Shown here piece by piece: positions 34,202-44,524 of a stretch of DNA of 64,000 nucleotides. Below the pieces are notes generated by a model, which searched no databases, was not told the origin of the DNA, and saw only the letters and a list, made by a program, of their open reading frames with translations. Source of the stretch: a virus (lineage: Duplodnaviria > Caudoviricetes); IMG/VR virus record IMGVR_UViG_3300044878_000205, positions 12,589 through 76,588 of that record; one strand, written 5' to 3'. Each line of letters starts with the position of its first letter. The stretch's first letter is position 1. The translations under genes were made by a program, and so were the position numbers.

Positions 34202-35460
34202 TGAGTGAATGGCGTGACCGCAAACAAGGCGCCTCCTTTCGAGGGGTGCCGTTCCTGGTGGACACCGACAGCGTGCCTGTCGGGCGGCGGACCCAGTTGC
34301 ATGAGTTCCCGCAGCGCGATCAACCCTTTGTCGAAGACCTCGGGCGGCGCACCCGGCAATACAAGTTCACCGGCTTTGTCGCCGGTGATGACTTCCTGGC
34401 GCAACGCGACCGCCTGCTGACCGCGCTGGACACGCCCGGCGCCGGTGAGCTGGTGCATCCGTGGTTCGGCCGCCTGACCGTGACCGCCGGCGAGTGCGAG
34501 TTATCGCATGCACGCACTGAGCTGGGCATGGCGCGCTTTAACCTGGTGTTTATCGACGGCATGCTGGAGTTCCCAGCGCAGTCGCCGAACACCCGCCGCG
34601 CGCTGGCGGCGCAGGCGCCGAGCCTGCTGGGCTCGATCAAGGAGCGCTTCAACGCGGCCATGGCCCCGGTCGATTTGGCCCGGCAACGGGCCAGCGCCGT
34701 GCGTTCGGCGCTGTCGGGGGCCATGGGCTTTGCGCTGAAGTTCCTCAGTCCCGGTACCGCCTTGGGCACCGATATCAGCGGTCTGGTGTCCTCGCTGATG
34801 AATGGCCCGGGGGCGTTCGCTGACAGCCTGCTGTCCGGGATCAGTGGCCTGGAGCGCTCCTTCAGCGGCTACGGCTCCAGCGGTTCGTTTAGCGGCAGCG
34901 CCGCCAAGGCGGCGGCGGTGTCGGCGTTGCCGACCTCGGCGCCGGTGCCGGTTGACCCGGAGGTGGCGACCATTCAGCGCGCGGTGATTGGCCTGGTGCA
35001 GGATGCGGCGCTGTTGGATGTGCTGCTGGACATGGCCGAGGTGCCGGTCGCGGTCCGTCAGGGGGTTAGTGCGCCGGCGGCCGTGGACGTACAACTGGCG
35101 CAGCAAGGGGCCACGGTCGAGGCCGGTACCGAGGTCGAGACGGCGGTGCCGGTGGCCGATGACGTGCTGGCGGTGCGTGACTCGATCAGCGAGGCGTTGT
35201 GGTCGGTGGCGGGGGAAAGCCCGCCGGAACACTTCGGCGTGCTGAGCGAGGCGCGGGTGGCCCTGGATCGGCACTTGACCGAGGTGGCGCGCAGTGGGGT
35301 CGGGCTGCGCGTGTATGCCCCGGCTGAAACTGTATCGGCCTTAGTGCTGGCCAATGCGCTGTATGGCGATGCGCTGCGCAGTGGTGAAATCGTTGCGCGT
35401 AATCGTGTGCGTCATCCGGGCTTCATGCCCGCCACCGAACTTCAAGTCGCGAAAACCTAA
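34201..35460 (+). CDS. DNA circularisation protein (Mu gpN-like)
   Basis: ASFRGVPF, HEFPQRD...EDLGR, GELVHPWFG, VRHPGF. Confidence 0.92.
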   Translation: MSEWRDRKQGASFRGVPFLVDTDSVPVGRRTQLHEFPQRDQPFVEDLGRRTRQYKFTGFVAGDDFLAQRDRLLTALDTPGAGELVHPWFGRLTVTAGECELSHARTELGMARFNLVFIDGMLEFPAQSPNTRRALAAQAPSLLGSIKERFNAAMAPVDLARQRASAVRSALSGAMGFALKFLSPGTALGTDISGLVSSLMNGPGAFADSLLSGISGLERSFSGYGSSGSFSGSAAKAAAVSALPTSAPVPVDPEVATIQRAVIGLVQDAALLDVLLDMAEVPVAVRQGVSAPAAVDVQLAQQGATVEAGTEVETAVPVADDVLAVRDSISEALWSVAGESPPEHFGVLSEARVALDRHLTEVARSGVGLRVYAPAETVSALVLANALYGDALRSGEIVARNRVRHPGFMPATELQVAKT

Positions 35461-35462
35461 CC

Positions 35463-36572
35463 ATGGACGAGCTGAACAAAGTCACCCTGAGCGTGGGTGG
35501 GCACGACTACGCCGGTTGGAAAAGCGTCAGTATCGGCGCCGGTCTGGAACGTCAGGCGCGGGATTTTAACCTGGGCGTGACCTGGCGCTGGCCGGGCAGC
35601 GCCGAGGTGCCGGTGCGGATCGCCCAGGGCGAAGCGGTGGAACTGCGCATTGGCCCGGATCTGCTGTTGACCGGTTATGTGTTCAGCACGCCGGTTCGTT
35701 ACGACAGCGAGTCGGTGACGCTGAGCATTAGCGGACGTTCGCGTACCGCGGATCTGGTCGACTGCGCCGCGGTCAATCAGCCCGGGCAATGGCGCGGGCA
35801 AAGCGTGCAAACGATCATCGCGGCGATTGCCGGTGAATACGGGATCAAGGTGGTCAACGATGCCGCGGTGACCTTGGGCCTGGAGGACCACACGCTGGAG
35901 CCGGGCGAGACGGCGTTTGAAAGCATCGACCGGCTGTTGACCCTGTCACGGCTGTTCAGCACTGACGATGGCCAGGGGCGCCTGGTGATCGCCCGTGCCG
36001 GCAGTGCCGGGCGCGCGGTCGACACCCTGGAGCTGGGCAAAAACCTGCTGTCCGGCGATACCGCGCTGGACTTTTCCAACGTGTTTTCCGAATACGTCAG
36101 CAAGGGTCAGCGCAGCGGCAGCGACACCAGTTTTGGCGCCGCGGCCAGCGAGGTCGAAGCGCGCCTGAGCGACCCGCGCCTTGCCCGGCGACGGGTGAAG
36201 GTCATCCAGCAATCCGGGCAACTGACCGCGGCGCTGGCCCGCGAGCGGGTCGAGTGGGAACGGGCCAGCGCGGTCGGTAAAGCCTTGACCGTGAACTACG
36301 TGGTGCAGGGCTGGCGGCAAAGCAACGGCGCGCTGTGGCGGCACAACATGCTGGTGCGGGTGGTCGATCCGTTGATCGGCATCGACCGCGACATGCTGAT
36401 CAGTGAAATCAGTTACGAGCTGAGCGAGCAGGGCACCACGGCCAAAATCAGCGTGGCGCCGCCGGAGGCTTTCCTGCCGGAGCCGAACGACGCGCAGGCC
36501 AAACGCAAGCTCAAGAAAGGCAAGAAGACCGACAACTTTGAATACCTCATTCCAGCGGACTACAAACCATGA
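35463..36572 (+). CDS. Baseplate hub (Mu gpP-like)
   Basis: YAGWKSV, GRSRTADLVDC, PGETAFE. Confidence 0.9.
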   Translation: MDELNKVTLSVGGHDYAGWKSVSIGAGLERQARDFNLGVTWRWPGSAEVPVRIAQGEAVELRIGPDLLLTGYVFSTPVRYDSESVTLSISGRSRTADLVDCAAVNQPGQWRGQSVQTIIAAIAGEYGIKVVNDAAVTLGLEDHTLEPGETAFESIDRLLTLSRLFSTDDGQGRLVIARAGSAGRAVDTLELGKNLLSGDTALDFSNVFSEYVSKGQRSGSDTSFGAAASEVEARLSDPRLARRRVKVIQQSGQLTAALARERVEWERASAVGKALTVNYVVQGWRQSNGALWRHNMLVRVVDPLIGIDRDMLISEISYELSEQGTTAKISVAPPEAFLPEPNDAQAKRKLKKGKKTDNFEYLIPADYKP

Positions 36573-37084
36573 AAAACGGCATCGCGAACTTTCTGGCCCG
36601 CGGCATGGTGGCTCTGGGCAACTCGGCCAGCATGCTGCAAAGCCTGCAGCTGCGGCTGTTGGCCGGCGAGGTCAAAGACAACGTGGAGCACCTGGAGCCC
36701 TATGGCTTTACGGCCTGCCCCAAGGAAGGCGCCGAGGCGCTGGCCGGGTTCATCGGCGGCGACCGCAGCCACGCGGTGGTGATCGTGGTCGCGGATCGGC
36801 GCTTTCGCCTGCAGGGCCTCAAGCCGGGCGAGGTGGCCCTGTACACCGACGAAGGCGATTTCATTCATTTCAAGCGCGGCCGGATCATCGACATTGAAAC
36901 CGTGACGCTGAACGTCAAGGCGACGGAGGCGGTGCACTTCGATACGCCGCTGATCAGCACCACCGGGCGCATTGAGTCGGCGGGCGATCAGATCGCGGCC
37001 GGCATCAGCCAAATCAACCACCCGCACAGCGACGTTCAAACCGGCAACGGCCAAAGCGGGCCGCCGGTCGGGGGTGGCGCATGA
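36569..37084 (+). CDS. Baseplate spike (Mu gp45 / gpV-like)
   Basis: EPYGFT, GGDRSH, GEVALY, HPH tip motif. Confidence 0.9.
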   Translation: MKNGIANFLARGMVALGNSASMLQSLQLRLLAGEVKDNVEHLEPYGFTACPKEGAEALAGFIGGDRSHAVVIVVADRRFRLQGLKPGEVALYTDEGDFIHFKRGRIIDIETVTLNVKATEAVHFDTPLISTTGRIESAGDQIAAGISQINHPHSDVQTGNGQSGPPVGGGA

Positions 37085-37467
37085 CCCGTGAAGAGTTATT
37101 GCGCCGCGCGGTGACCATCAGCCTGTTCAGCTGGCGCCGGGCTGGACCGGATGACGCGGTGGACGACAGCGACCGTAAAGGCTGGTGGGGCGACTGCGTG
37201 CCGTCGGTGGCCGGCGACCGGATCGGCTCGCGGCTGTGGCTGTTGTCGCGTCGCACGCTGGTCGCGCAGACGCTGCAGGACGCCCAGGCCTACGCCGAAG
37301 AGGCACTGGCCTGGCTGCTCGATGACCAGATTGTCACGGTGGTGACGGTCACGGCCGAGCGCCAAGGCAACGACCGGATGAACCTGCGCGTGATGCTGAC
37401 CGAGCAGAGCGGCGAAACGCTGGAACTGAATTTTGCAGACACCTGGGAGCTGATCAATGGCGTATGA
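37081..37467 (+). CDS. Mu gp46-like baseplate protein
   Basis: GWWGD, GSRLWLL, EEALAWL. Confidence 0.9.
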   Translation: MTREELLRRAVTISLFSWRRAGPDDAVDDSDRKGWWGDCVPSVAGDRIGSRLWLLSRRTLVAQTLQDAQAYAEEALAWLLDDQIVTVVTVTAERQGNDRMNLRVMLTEQSGETLELNFADTWELINGV

Positions 37468-38500
37468 GATTCCGACGCTGCCGGCGCTGATCCAGCGCAC
37501 CGAGGCCGATTTTGAGCGCAATGCCCCGGACGCCTTGCGCCGCGCGGATGCCAAGGTGGCGGCGCGGGCGCTGAGCGGTACGGCCTACGAGCTGTACGGC
37601 TATCAAGACTGGATCGCTCGGCAGTCCAGCCCGGCGACGTGCGATGAAGCCATGTTGCTGCGCTGGGCCGACTGGCGTTTGGAGGGCGGGCGCAACCCGG
37701 CCGTGGCGGCCACTGGGGTGGTGTCGGTCACCGGCTCCACGGGCGCCCTGGTCGATGCCGGCCAGCTCTACCAATCGGAGGACGGTCGACGCTATGTGGT
37801 GCTGCACGCCGTCACACTGGTGAATGGCGCGGCCACCTTGTCAGTGATGGCTGAGGCGGTGGGCAGCCTGGGCAACCTCGAGGCCGGCAGCCTAACGGCG
37901 GTGACGCCGGTGATGGGCGTCAACGCGACGGCCAGCATTGGCCCCGATGGCATTGTCGGCGGTACCGAACAAGAGGCGTTGGAGGCGCTGCGCGCGCGGG
38001 TGCAGGCGGCGTTCAAAAACCCGAGCAAGGTCGGCAACGGTGCCGACTTTGTCGAGTGGGCCTTGGAGGTGCCGGGTGTCACCCGCGCCTGGGCCTTACC
38101 GCGCTGGATGGGGCCGGGCACGTTTGGCCTGGCGTTCGTGCGTGATGGCGATCCTGACCTGATCCCTACGCCCGTCCAGGTCGCCGAGGTGCAAGCCTAC
38201 TTGGACCTGAATCGTCCGGTCACCTCAGAAATTTACGCCTTGGCGCCCGAGGCCCGGCCGATTGATTTCAGCCTGCACCTGGTGCCGGATGGCAGCGCGC
38301 TGCGTGCGGCCGTCACGCAAGCCTTGCACGGCCTGATCATCGACGAAGGCGGGCCCAGCGAAACGCTGAGGATTACCCATGTGCGCAACACCATCAGCAA
38401 CACCCCCGGGGAAACCGACCATGTGTTGAGTGCGCCGACGGGGGATGTGCTGATGGGCGCCAATCAAGTGGCGGTGCTGGGGGTGATCACATGGCTTTAA
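37457..38500 (+). CDS. Baseplate J / Mu gp47-like protein
   Basis: GGTEQE...LRARV, WALEVPGVTRAW. Confidence 0.92.
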   Translation: MAYEIPTLPALIQRTEADFERNAPDALRRADAKVAARALSGTAYELYGYQDWIARQSSPATCDEAMLLRWADWRLEGGRNPAVAATGVVSVTGSTGALVDAGQLYQSEDGRRYVVLHAVTLVNGAATLSVMAEAVGSLGNLEAGSLTAVTPVMGVNATASIGPDGIVGGTEQEALEALRARVQAAFKNPSKVGNGADFVEWALEVPGVTRAWALPRWMGPGTFGLAFVRDGDPDLIPTPVQVAEVQAYLDLNRPVTSEIYALAPEARPIDFSLHLVPDGSALRAAVTQALHGLIIDEGGPSETLRITHVRNTISNTPGETDHVLSAPTGDVLMGANQVAVLGVITWL

Positions 38501-39135
38501 CCGAGGCGGATTACCAGCAGCAACTGCGCCAGCTGTTACCGCCGGGGCCGGCGTTTGATCCGGCGTTACAGCCGGACTGGGCGCAGATCGTGGCGGCCCT
38601 GGCCCCGGAGCTGGCCCGGGTCGATGGCAACGGCGAGGCGTTGTTGCTGGAGTTGAACCCGGCCACGGCCACGGCGTTGTTGCCGTATTGGGAGAGCTAT
38701 CTGGGTCTGCCGGATGTGTGCACGGTGCCCGGTTCGCAAACCCTGGAAGAGCGCCGCCAAGCGGTGATCACCAAGCTGACCGCGACCGGGGCTCCGCAGC
38801 TGAGCTACTACCGCAAGTTGGGTACTCAGGTCGGTATCAGTATCGATATTCAGGAGTTCCGTCCGGCTCGGGTTGGTCCGGCCAGTGTCGGCGATTTCCT
38901 GTACGGCGCGGGTTGGCCGTGGAGCTGGATCGCTTCGGCCCCGGTTGAAGCCTATGGCACGGCGGCCGCGGCGACGCTGGATTGCCGGTTGCAGCGCGAC
39001 GCCCCGGAATACACCGACGTCGTGCTGGGGTTTGGTCACGAGGTTGTCGCCGGTATCGCGTCGAAAGTGGATCAGCTGTTCAACGCCATTCATTACGTGG
39101 TGCCGGGCGCTATGGCCGGCATCGAGGACCTATAG
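38491..39135 (+). CDS. Mu gp48/YmfQ-like protein
   Basis: Homolog of 503-1147. Confidence 0.87.
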   Translation: MALTEADYQQQLRQLLPPGPAFDPALQPDWAQIVAALAPELARVDGNGEALLLELNPATATALLPYWESYLGLPDVCTVPGSQTLEERRQAVITKLTATGAPQLSYYRKLGTQVGISIDIQEFRPARVGPASVGDFLYGAGWPWSWIASAPVEAYGTAAAATLDCRLQRDAPEYTDVVLGFGHEVVAGIASKVDQLFNAIHYVVPGAMAGIEDL

Positions 39136-39136
39136 C

Positions 39137-39916
39137 ATGCAGAGAATTTCCAGCTGGACCGATCTGGTCGCAGCCCTTGGGCTGTTCCGTTATGGCACCG
39201 TGACGGGCGGGGTAGCCCCGACCCCGCTCAAGGCGGAGTGGCTGAACATGGTTCAGGAAGAGTTGGCGAACGCCATCCTGGCTTTTTTGCCTGAGCTGGA
39301 TGCCAATGACCCGACGCAACTGCTCAAGGCGATTCAAGCCTCGGGCGCTAACTATGCGCTGAAAGCGACCACGCTGGCTGGGTACGGCATTGTGAATGCC
39401 TACACCAAGCCGGAGACCGATTGGCTGCTGTCACAGAAAGCCAACAACGCCATCACCCTGGCCGGCTATGGCATCGGCGATGCCTACACCAAAACGGCCA
39501 CCGACACGCTGCTGGCCGGCAAAGCCAACAACGCCACGACCCTGGGCGGCTATGGCATCGCCGATGCTTACACCAAAGCGGCCACCGACACGCTGCTGGC
39601 TGCCAAGCAAGACAAGAACACGGCTTTGATGGAGGCCACCGGGTGGCGCCTGGACAAAGCGACCGGGTTTCTGGAGCAGTGGGGGAGCGGCGTTTGCCCG
39701 GCGGATACCACCACCGCGCCGATTAACTTCCCCACGCCCTTTGCCGAGGTCTACAACTGCTTTGGCAACAAGATCAACACCAACTCGGTGGACGGGGATG
39801 GCAACGCCGCTGGGGCGTTTGCTACCAGCGCAACGCAGTATCAGTTGTTCAACGATACGAACCTGATGGCGGTCACCGTGCATTGGCGCGCGATTGGCAA
39901 GGCGCCCGGCTATTAA
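39137..39916 (+). CDS. Tail fibre protein with TTLAGYGI repeats
   Basis: Homolog of 1149-1928, same length. Confidence 0.85.
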   Translation: MQRISSWTDLVAALGLFRYGTVTGGVAPTPLKAEWLNMVQEELANAILAFLPELDANDPTQLLKAIQASGANYALKATTLAGYGIVNAYTKPETDWLLSQKANNAITLAGYGIGDAYTKTATDTLLAGKANNATTLGGYGIADAYTKAATDTLLAAKQDKNTALMEATGWRLDKATGFLEQWGSGVCPADTTTAPINFPTPFAEVYNCFGNKINTNSVDGDGNAAGAFATSATQYQLFNDTNLMAVTVHWRAIGKAPGY

Positions 39917-39940
39917 CCGTTAAAAACATAAGTTTTACAC

Positions 39941-39963
39941 AACCCGCTTCGGCGGTTTTTTTT
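39941..39963 (+). terminator. Terminator-like hairpin
   Basis: ccgc-ttcg-gcgg + T-run. Confidence 0.6.
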
Positions 39964-39980
39964 CGCCTGGAGAAAAGTTA

Positions 39981-42359
39981 ATGACCGATATCACGGCGCT
40001 GGAGGCTTACGCGGGTACGCTGTCGGAGGCGGCGCAGTTATCAATGGGCGCGGCCCTACTGCAACATCAATTCGTCCATGGCGGAGTTGATGAGGTCATC
40101 CAGACAGAATCAGGGCCCCTGCCATCGCTGGCCAAATGGCGCGTCGACTTGGCGACCATTGAAACGGCGCTGGCCAACCCGAATGTCGGGCCGGGCATGG
40201 TCGGTTGGAAGCGCAGTGCGTTGTCTGATTCGATTAAAACAATCGGCCAGATGCTGTCGGCCCAGGCCTATAACGTCTGGGAGCACGCGAACCTCATCAT
40301 TAGCAAGCCCACATCGGACCACCGCACCTGGGACTGGGCGCCCGCTATCGTGGCCGCCTGGAATGCAACGCCGATTGGCGGCTCCCTTGTTATTCCGATG
40401 GGGGTACATATTGGTTCGGCCGTTACCCTGACAGACAAGGCGGTCAATCTGTACTGCATGGGTCCGATCACGGTCGCCGATGGTAATTTTACGGCCCTGT
40501 ACTTCGACGGCACGGCCAATGTGACCGAGTACCCTGGCACCATCCTGACCGGCATTGCCGGTGGCGATACGAAGCTGAATTTTATCCCTGGAATGGCGCC
40601 TGCGCTTAACCCGACCGACTACTACTTGGTCATCTACTCGCTTGAGGCCAACGTCAACCGGGTCAACGAGACGTACTACATCCCTTACAGCAAGCGGGAG
40701 ACTCACGGACTCAGCCACTATGACTGGTCGCTCCACGATCCAATCCTGTACACCTATGCTGATCTGTCGGGTGTCACCTTGCGGTTCATCAAGAAGGCCG
40801 CCAGGACCAAGATCGTCGGCCTGACGCTGCAGGCGGACGCCAGCACAAACCGCTCTGCGCGCGACCTTCTGCGCACCCGCTGCAAGAGTTGCGTTGACTT
40901 CGAGGGTCTGCACATCAACAGCGCCCTGGCCGATCGCGCTGGGTTTGGCTTCGAAATCTACGAGTGTTTTGATTTCGTGCTCAACTCGCCGCGGGTATCC
41001 GGCTACAACGTAAGCGGGGTGGACTCGTACAAGATCAGAAGTTTCATGTCGGCGCACCTGGTCTTTAACGACTACATTGATGCCACTGATGCTGACCCTG
41101 TCTCGCCCAATAACAAAACAGAGCGCGCCTACGCCTCTATGTACAGCAACATGATCACCTTCAACAATTGCTACTTGAATGGGATCGATGAGCACTACGG
41201 CAGTCGATACGTGATTAACGGTGGCAGCCTGTCCCATCGCGGTATCGGGTTTGCAGGGCGAGACGTGACGATCAACGGGACGAAGTTTACCGGCCCTGGC
41301 GCGCTGTTCCAGCCCCGCGATGATTCGCCGTCTTGTCACGGCACGCTGCTCATCAATAACGTTGAGCTCGACGCGGTTAGCCAGTTGATCCAGGGTGAAA
41401 CAGGCATCATCACGGACCCGCTGGGGCGCACCACGCCGTTCAAAATGTTCGACCGGATACTTGTCGATGGAGTGGTAGTAAAAGGTGGTCTTCAGTCTTG
41501 GGAGAACATTATTTCGTTCCGCGGCATCCGCAACGCAACAACCTTCACTTCATCCAAGACCACATTGATTGATGTGCGCAACTTGAAGGTCTACAGCGAG
41601 CGGACCAATGTCAACCACAGCATCATGCAGTTCGCGAGCATCTGGGTCGAAACGGTTAACGCAGAAAACTGGGAGATCGCTGATAGCGCGGTGGCGTACC
41701 GGGGAGACATTCGATACTTGGGTCCGGCCTACGATGCGCTCAACATCGGCGAGCTGAAAGTTGCCAACAGCCGGGTGACTGTTTACGGGATAAGGAACAC
41801 GGCCAAGTTCACCATGCGCGGCGGATCTCTGGCCGGTAGCGGTGAGAGCCTTCTGGTGGAGGGGGGCTTTGGTGCCGTGGCGGTATCGCTGAAAGGGGTC
41901 GAGCTGAACAAGCCCCTGGCAGAGTCGGTGCCAGTGGCCGGAGTCAACCCCACTTGGGATATCGTCGATTGCACGATAAATGTTGCCCCTAGCAACTTGA
42001 CTGGGCGAATTGCGCGAGGTCTTCGCAATAGCATAGCTCTCGGCGTGACCATTCCTGGAGCGCTGGTGGGTAAGCTGCGGATCTACGAGAACCCCGCAAT
42101 GTTTTCGCCTACCACGATCACGGGTAGCGCGTCGTGGACGATTCCCGCTATCGCGTCGGGTGCGTCATTGCCTAACAACTTTACCCTGGCAGGTGTCGCG
42201 TTTGGCGATCAAGTCGATGTTGCCATATACGCCCCCTCCGTTTCGGCAACGGCTCAAGTCACCACGGCCGACACGATTGCCGTGGTGATCAACAACAACT
42301 CTGGGACTTCGGTGACGCTTGGGGCTCAGACGCTACGGTTCACGGTAAGAAAGCTCTAA
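39981..42359 (+). CDS. Tailspike / receptor-binding protein, different allele from unit 1
   Basis: First ~60 aa homologous to 2003; rest unrelated and beta-rich; WDWAPAI motif. Confidence 0.75.
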   Translation: MTDITALEAYAGTLSEAAQLSMGAALLQHQFVHGGVDEVIQTESGPLPSLAKWRVDLATIETALANPNVGPGMVGWKRSALSDSIKTIGQMLSAQAYNVWEHANLIISKPTSDHRTWDWAPAIVAAWNATPIGGSLVIPMGVHIGSAVTLTDKAVNLYCMGPITVADGNFTALYFDGTANVTEYPGTILTGIAGGDTKLNFIPGMAPALNPTDYYLVIYSLEANVNRVNETYYIPYSKRETHGLSHYDWSLHDPILYTYADLSGVTLRFIKKAARTKIVGLTLQADASTNRSARDLLRTRCKSCVDFEGLHINSALADRAGFGFEIYECFDFVLNSPRVSGYNVSGVDSYKIRSFMSAHLVFNDYIDATDADPVSPNNKTERAYASMYSNMITFNNCYLNGIDEHYGSRYVINGGSLSHRGIGFAGRDVTINGTKFTGPGALFQPRDDSPSCHGTLLINNVELDAVSQLIQGETGIITDPLGRTTPFKMFDRILVDGVVVKGGLQSWENIISFRGIRNATTFTSSKTTLIDVRNLKVYSERTNVNHSIMQFASIWVETVNAENWEIADSAVAYRGDIRYLGPAYDALNIGELKVANSRVTVYGIRNTAKFTMRGGSLAGSGESLLVEGGFGAVAVSLKGVELNKPLAESVPVAGVNPTWDIVDCTINVAPSNLTGRIARGLRNSIALGVTIPGALVGKLRIYENPAMFSPTTITGSASWTIPAIASGASLPNNFTLAGVAFGDQVDVAIYAPSVSATAQVTTADTIAVVINNNSGTSVTLGAQTLRFTVRKL

Positions 42360-42446
42360 CGGGGCTCCCTCCTCCTGTTGTTTTGGGAGGGTGGGGCTGG
42401 ATCAAAACTTAAAATTTACCGTTCGTAAACGGTAGGGGCTCTTTTA

Positions 42447-42701
42447 ATGGCACTTAAAAAAAACCTTGAATTCCGTGGCATCTTGGTTCCGGATGCCTAC
42501 ATCAAGATTGCAACCACCACGATCATCGCCGGCAATGAGTGGATTGACTTCTGCGTGCATTACCTGGCCACGGATACTGGATCACCCTTTAACAGCGTGA
42601 ACGTGCAGTGCGCCTACAATCTGCTGGGCGACAATCCCATCAAGCAGGGCTATGAGCACCTGAAGACGCTTCCTGAGTTCGAGGGCTGCACCGACTGCTG
42701 A
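42447..42701 (+). CDS. Small tailspike-associated protein
   Basis: DAYIKI...NPIKQGYEHLKTLPEF pattern typical of small genes following tailspikes. Confidence 0.65.
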   Translation: MALKKNLEFRGILVPDAYIKIATTTIIAGNEWIDFCVHYLATDTGSPFNSVNVQCAYNLLGDNPIKQGYEHLKTLPEFEGCTDC

Positions 42702-42756
42702 CAGTTAGTCGGCAGAACGCCGTGGATGTGGAGCCCGAAGGCTCCATTTTGACTTG

Positions 42757-43791
42757 TCAGGCTGCTTGATATTGTCGGATTCGCTGAAACAGGGATTCCG
42801 CAGAGACTGATTTTGGCGGGGCCAAAAGTGCGCCGAGCCGGTAACGCTTGATGATGGCCTGGGCGACCAGGGGCGCTGCTATGCCGATCAGCGTACCAAT
42901 GATCAGGTGAGCTGCCGGCGTCTGCACCCCGAGCAACTTGCTAAGCGCGACTCGCGCACCGCTCCCCGCAAGAATATGCATCAGATAAATCGTCATTGAC
43001 GACGCTCCTACATACATGAGCCACTTTATGTTTATTCGGCTGAGGCACATGGATACTGCAACAATGAAGAGTATTGAAACTGTTGCGAGAATTAAAGATT
43101 CAATCCCTTCTGATTCAGAAGACAACGCCATGACGTCATGAAAAATATATTGCCCGGCTATAAACAGGGCGCCAAAAGCAATTGCAAGTGCTGCGTACGT
43201 CCTCTCGAATATTGATTTTATATCGTCGAAGCAAATCCCAAGGATGAAGAAAAATGTATTCCCCAGGATGAATTCAGTGATCATATTTGAAGGCATAGCA
43301 CCCTTGATGGTGTATAGAACAGCAAAGGCAGTTAGTATCAATAAACTCCGAGACTTATCAAATAGCGTGTACACCAATGAGCTGGTGACGAATACCAAAA
43401 ATAATGCATACAAGAACCAGAACTGAGCCCTTGGCTCCCACGCGAACGACAGAACCTCGCCGAATGTCACGCTGCCATTTGTGTATTTTGACAGGACGCT
43501 TTCCATGGAACCCTGCAGTAGAGACCATATAACGAATGGGTAAAGTATCGTGTCGACCTTGTTAATTATCAGGCCTGTTGCGCCGCGGCTTTTGAGGGAG
43601 TTGTAAAAAAACAGGCCTGACAGGAAAAAGAAAAGAGGCATGTGGAAGCTGTAAATAATGCTGTCCACCAGCTGGAATATGCTTTCATCCATCTGCATCC
43701 CAGCACTGTGTACGCCGCGCGCAACATGCCCGTACACGACAAGGATTATTCCTATTGCCTTTGCGTAGTCTACCCAGGAATTTCTTTCCAT
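42757..43791 (-). CDS. Acyltransferase family 3
   Basis: WVDYAKAIGIILVVYGH, YSFHMPLFFFLSG, WFLYALF, SMTIYLMH; low GC. Confidence 0.9.
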   Translation of the reverse strand: MERNSWVDYAKAIGIILVVYGHVARGVHSAGMQMDESIFQLVDSIIYSFHMPLFFFLSGLFFYNSLKSRGATGLIINKVDTILYPFVIWSLLQGSMESVLSKYTNGSVTFGEVLSFAWEPRAQFWFLYALFLVFVTSSLVYTLFDKSRSLLILTAFAVLYTIKGAMPSNMITEFILGNTFFFILGICFDDIKSIFERTYAALAIAFGALFIAGQYIFHDVMALSSESEGIESLILATVSILFIVAVSMCLSRINIKWLMYVGASSMTIYLMHILAGSGARVALSKLLGVQTPAAHLIIGTLIGIAAPLVAQAIIKRYRLGALLAPPKSVSAESLFQRIRQYQAA

Positions 43792-44057
43792 TATTTTGGT
43801 CTCGGTTAGGGAAGGGGAGTTGCGATGAGTGCTGCGCTAGCGCTAATTGTGGCTGGCCAGAAACTGGCTACGATGATCGCGACTGACAACCCAGTATTTT
43901 ATGAGCGGACAGCGATGCGTCACGCCACCCAGTATCAATCCGCTGATAAGTTTATCTATCTGTTATTCATCTAGAGCGTCATTAGTCAGACGGTTTTTAA
44001 CAGTTGTGATGTTTTATGCTCGTCATGCAGCAGCCGTTACTGCATATCCCCTCGAAT

Positions 44058-44081
44058 GCCCGCCCAGTCGCGGGCTTTTTT
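44058..44081 (+). terminator. Terminator-like hairpin before endolysin
   Basis: gcccgc-ccagtc-gcgggc + T6. Confidence 0.6.
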
Positions 44082-44098
44082 ACGCCTGGAGAAAGGTT

Positions 44099-44524
44099 AT
44101 GAACGCAACCGAGAAAGACCGCGACATCCTCGCCCGCACCTTGTGGGGCGAGGCCCGCGGCGAGAGTCAGGCCGGCATGGAGGCGTGCGCCTGGACCATC
44201 CGTAATCGGGTGTTCGACGGCCGGGCTAAGTCCTGGTGGGGCGAAGGCTATGCCGGGGTGTGCCAGAAGGCCTGGCAGTTCAGCTGCTGGAACGCCAATG
44301 ATCGCAACTCGCCGTACCTCAAAGGCGCCAAGCCGATTCCCGCCGGCGAATACAAGCAGGCGCTGGCGGTGGCCACCGCGGTGATGAGCGGGGCGGTGCC
44401 CGATCCCACCGGCGGCGCCACCCACTACTACGCGAGCAGCATGCCCAAGGCCCCGGCCTGGGTGAAGGGCGCCACGCTGACGCTCAAGCTCGGCGGGCAC
44501 CTGTTCTATAAGGATGTGCCGTGA
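44099..44524 (+). CDS. Endolysin, SleB-like cell wall hydrolase
   Basis: Homolog of 5468-5893. Confidence 0.9.
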   Translation: MNATEKDRDILARTLWGEARGESQAGMEACAWTIRNRVFDGRAKSWWGEGYAGVCQKAWQFSCWNANDRNSPYLKGAKPIPAGEYKQALAVATAVMSGAVPDPTGGATHYYASSMPKAPAWVKGATLTLKLGGHLFYKDVP

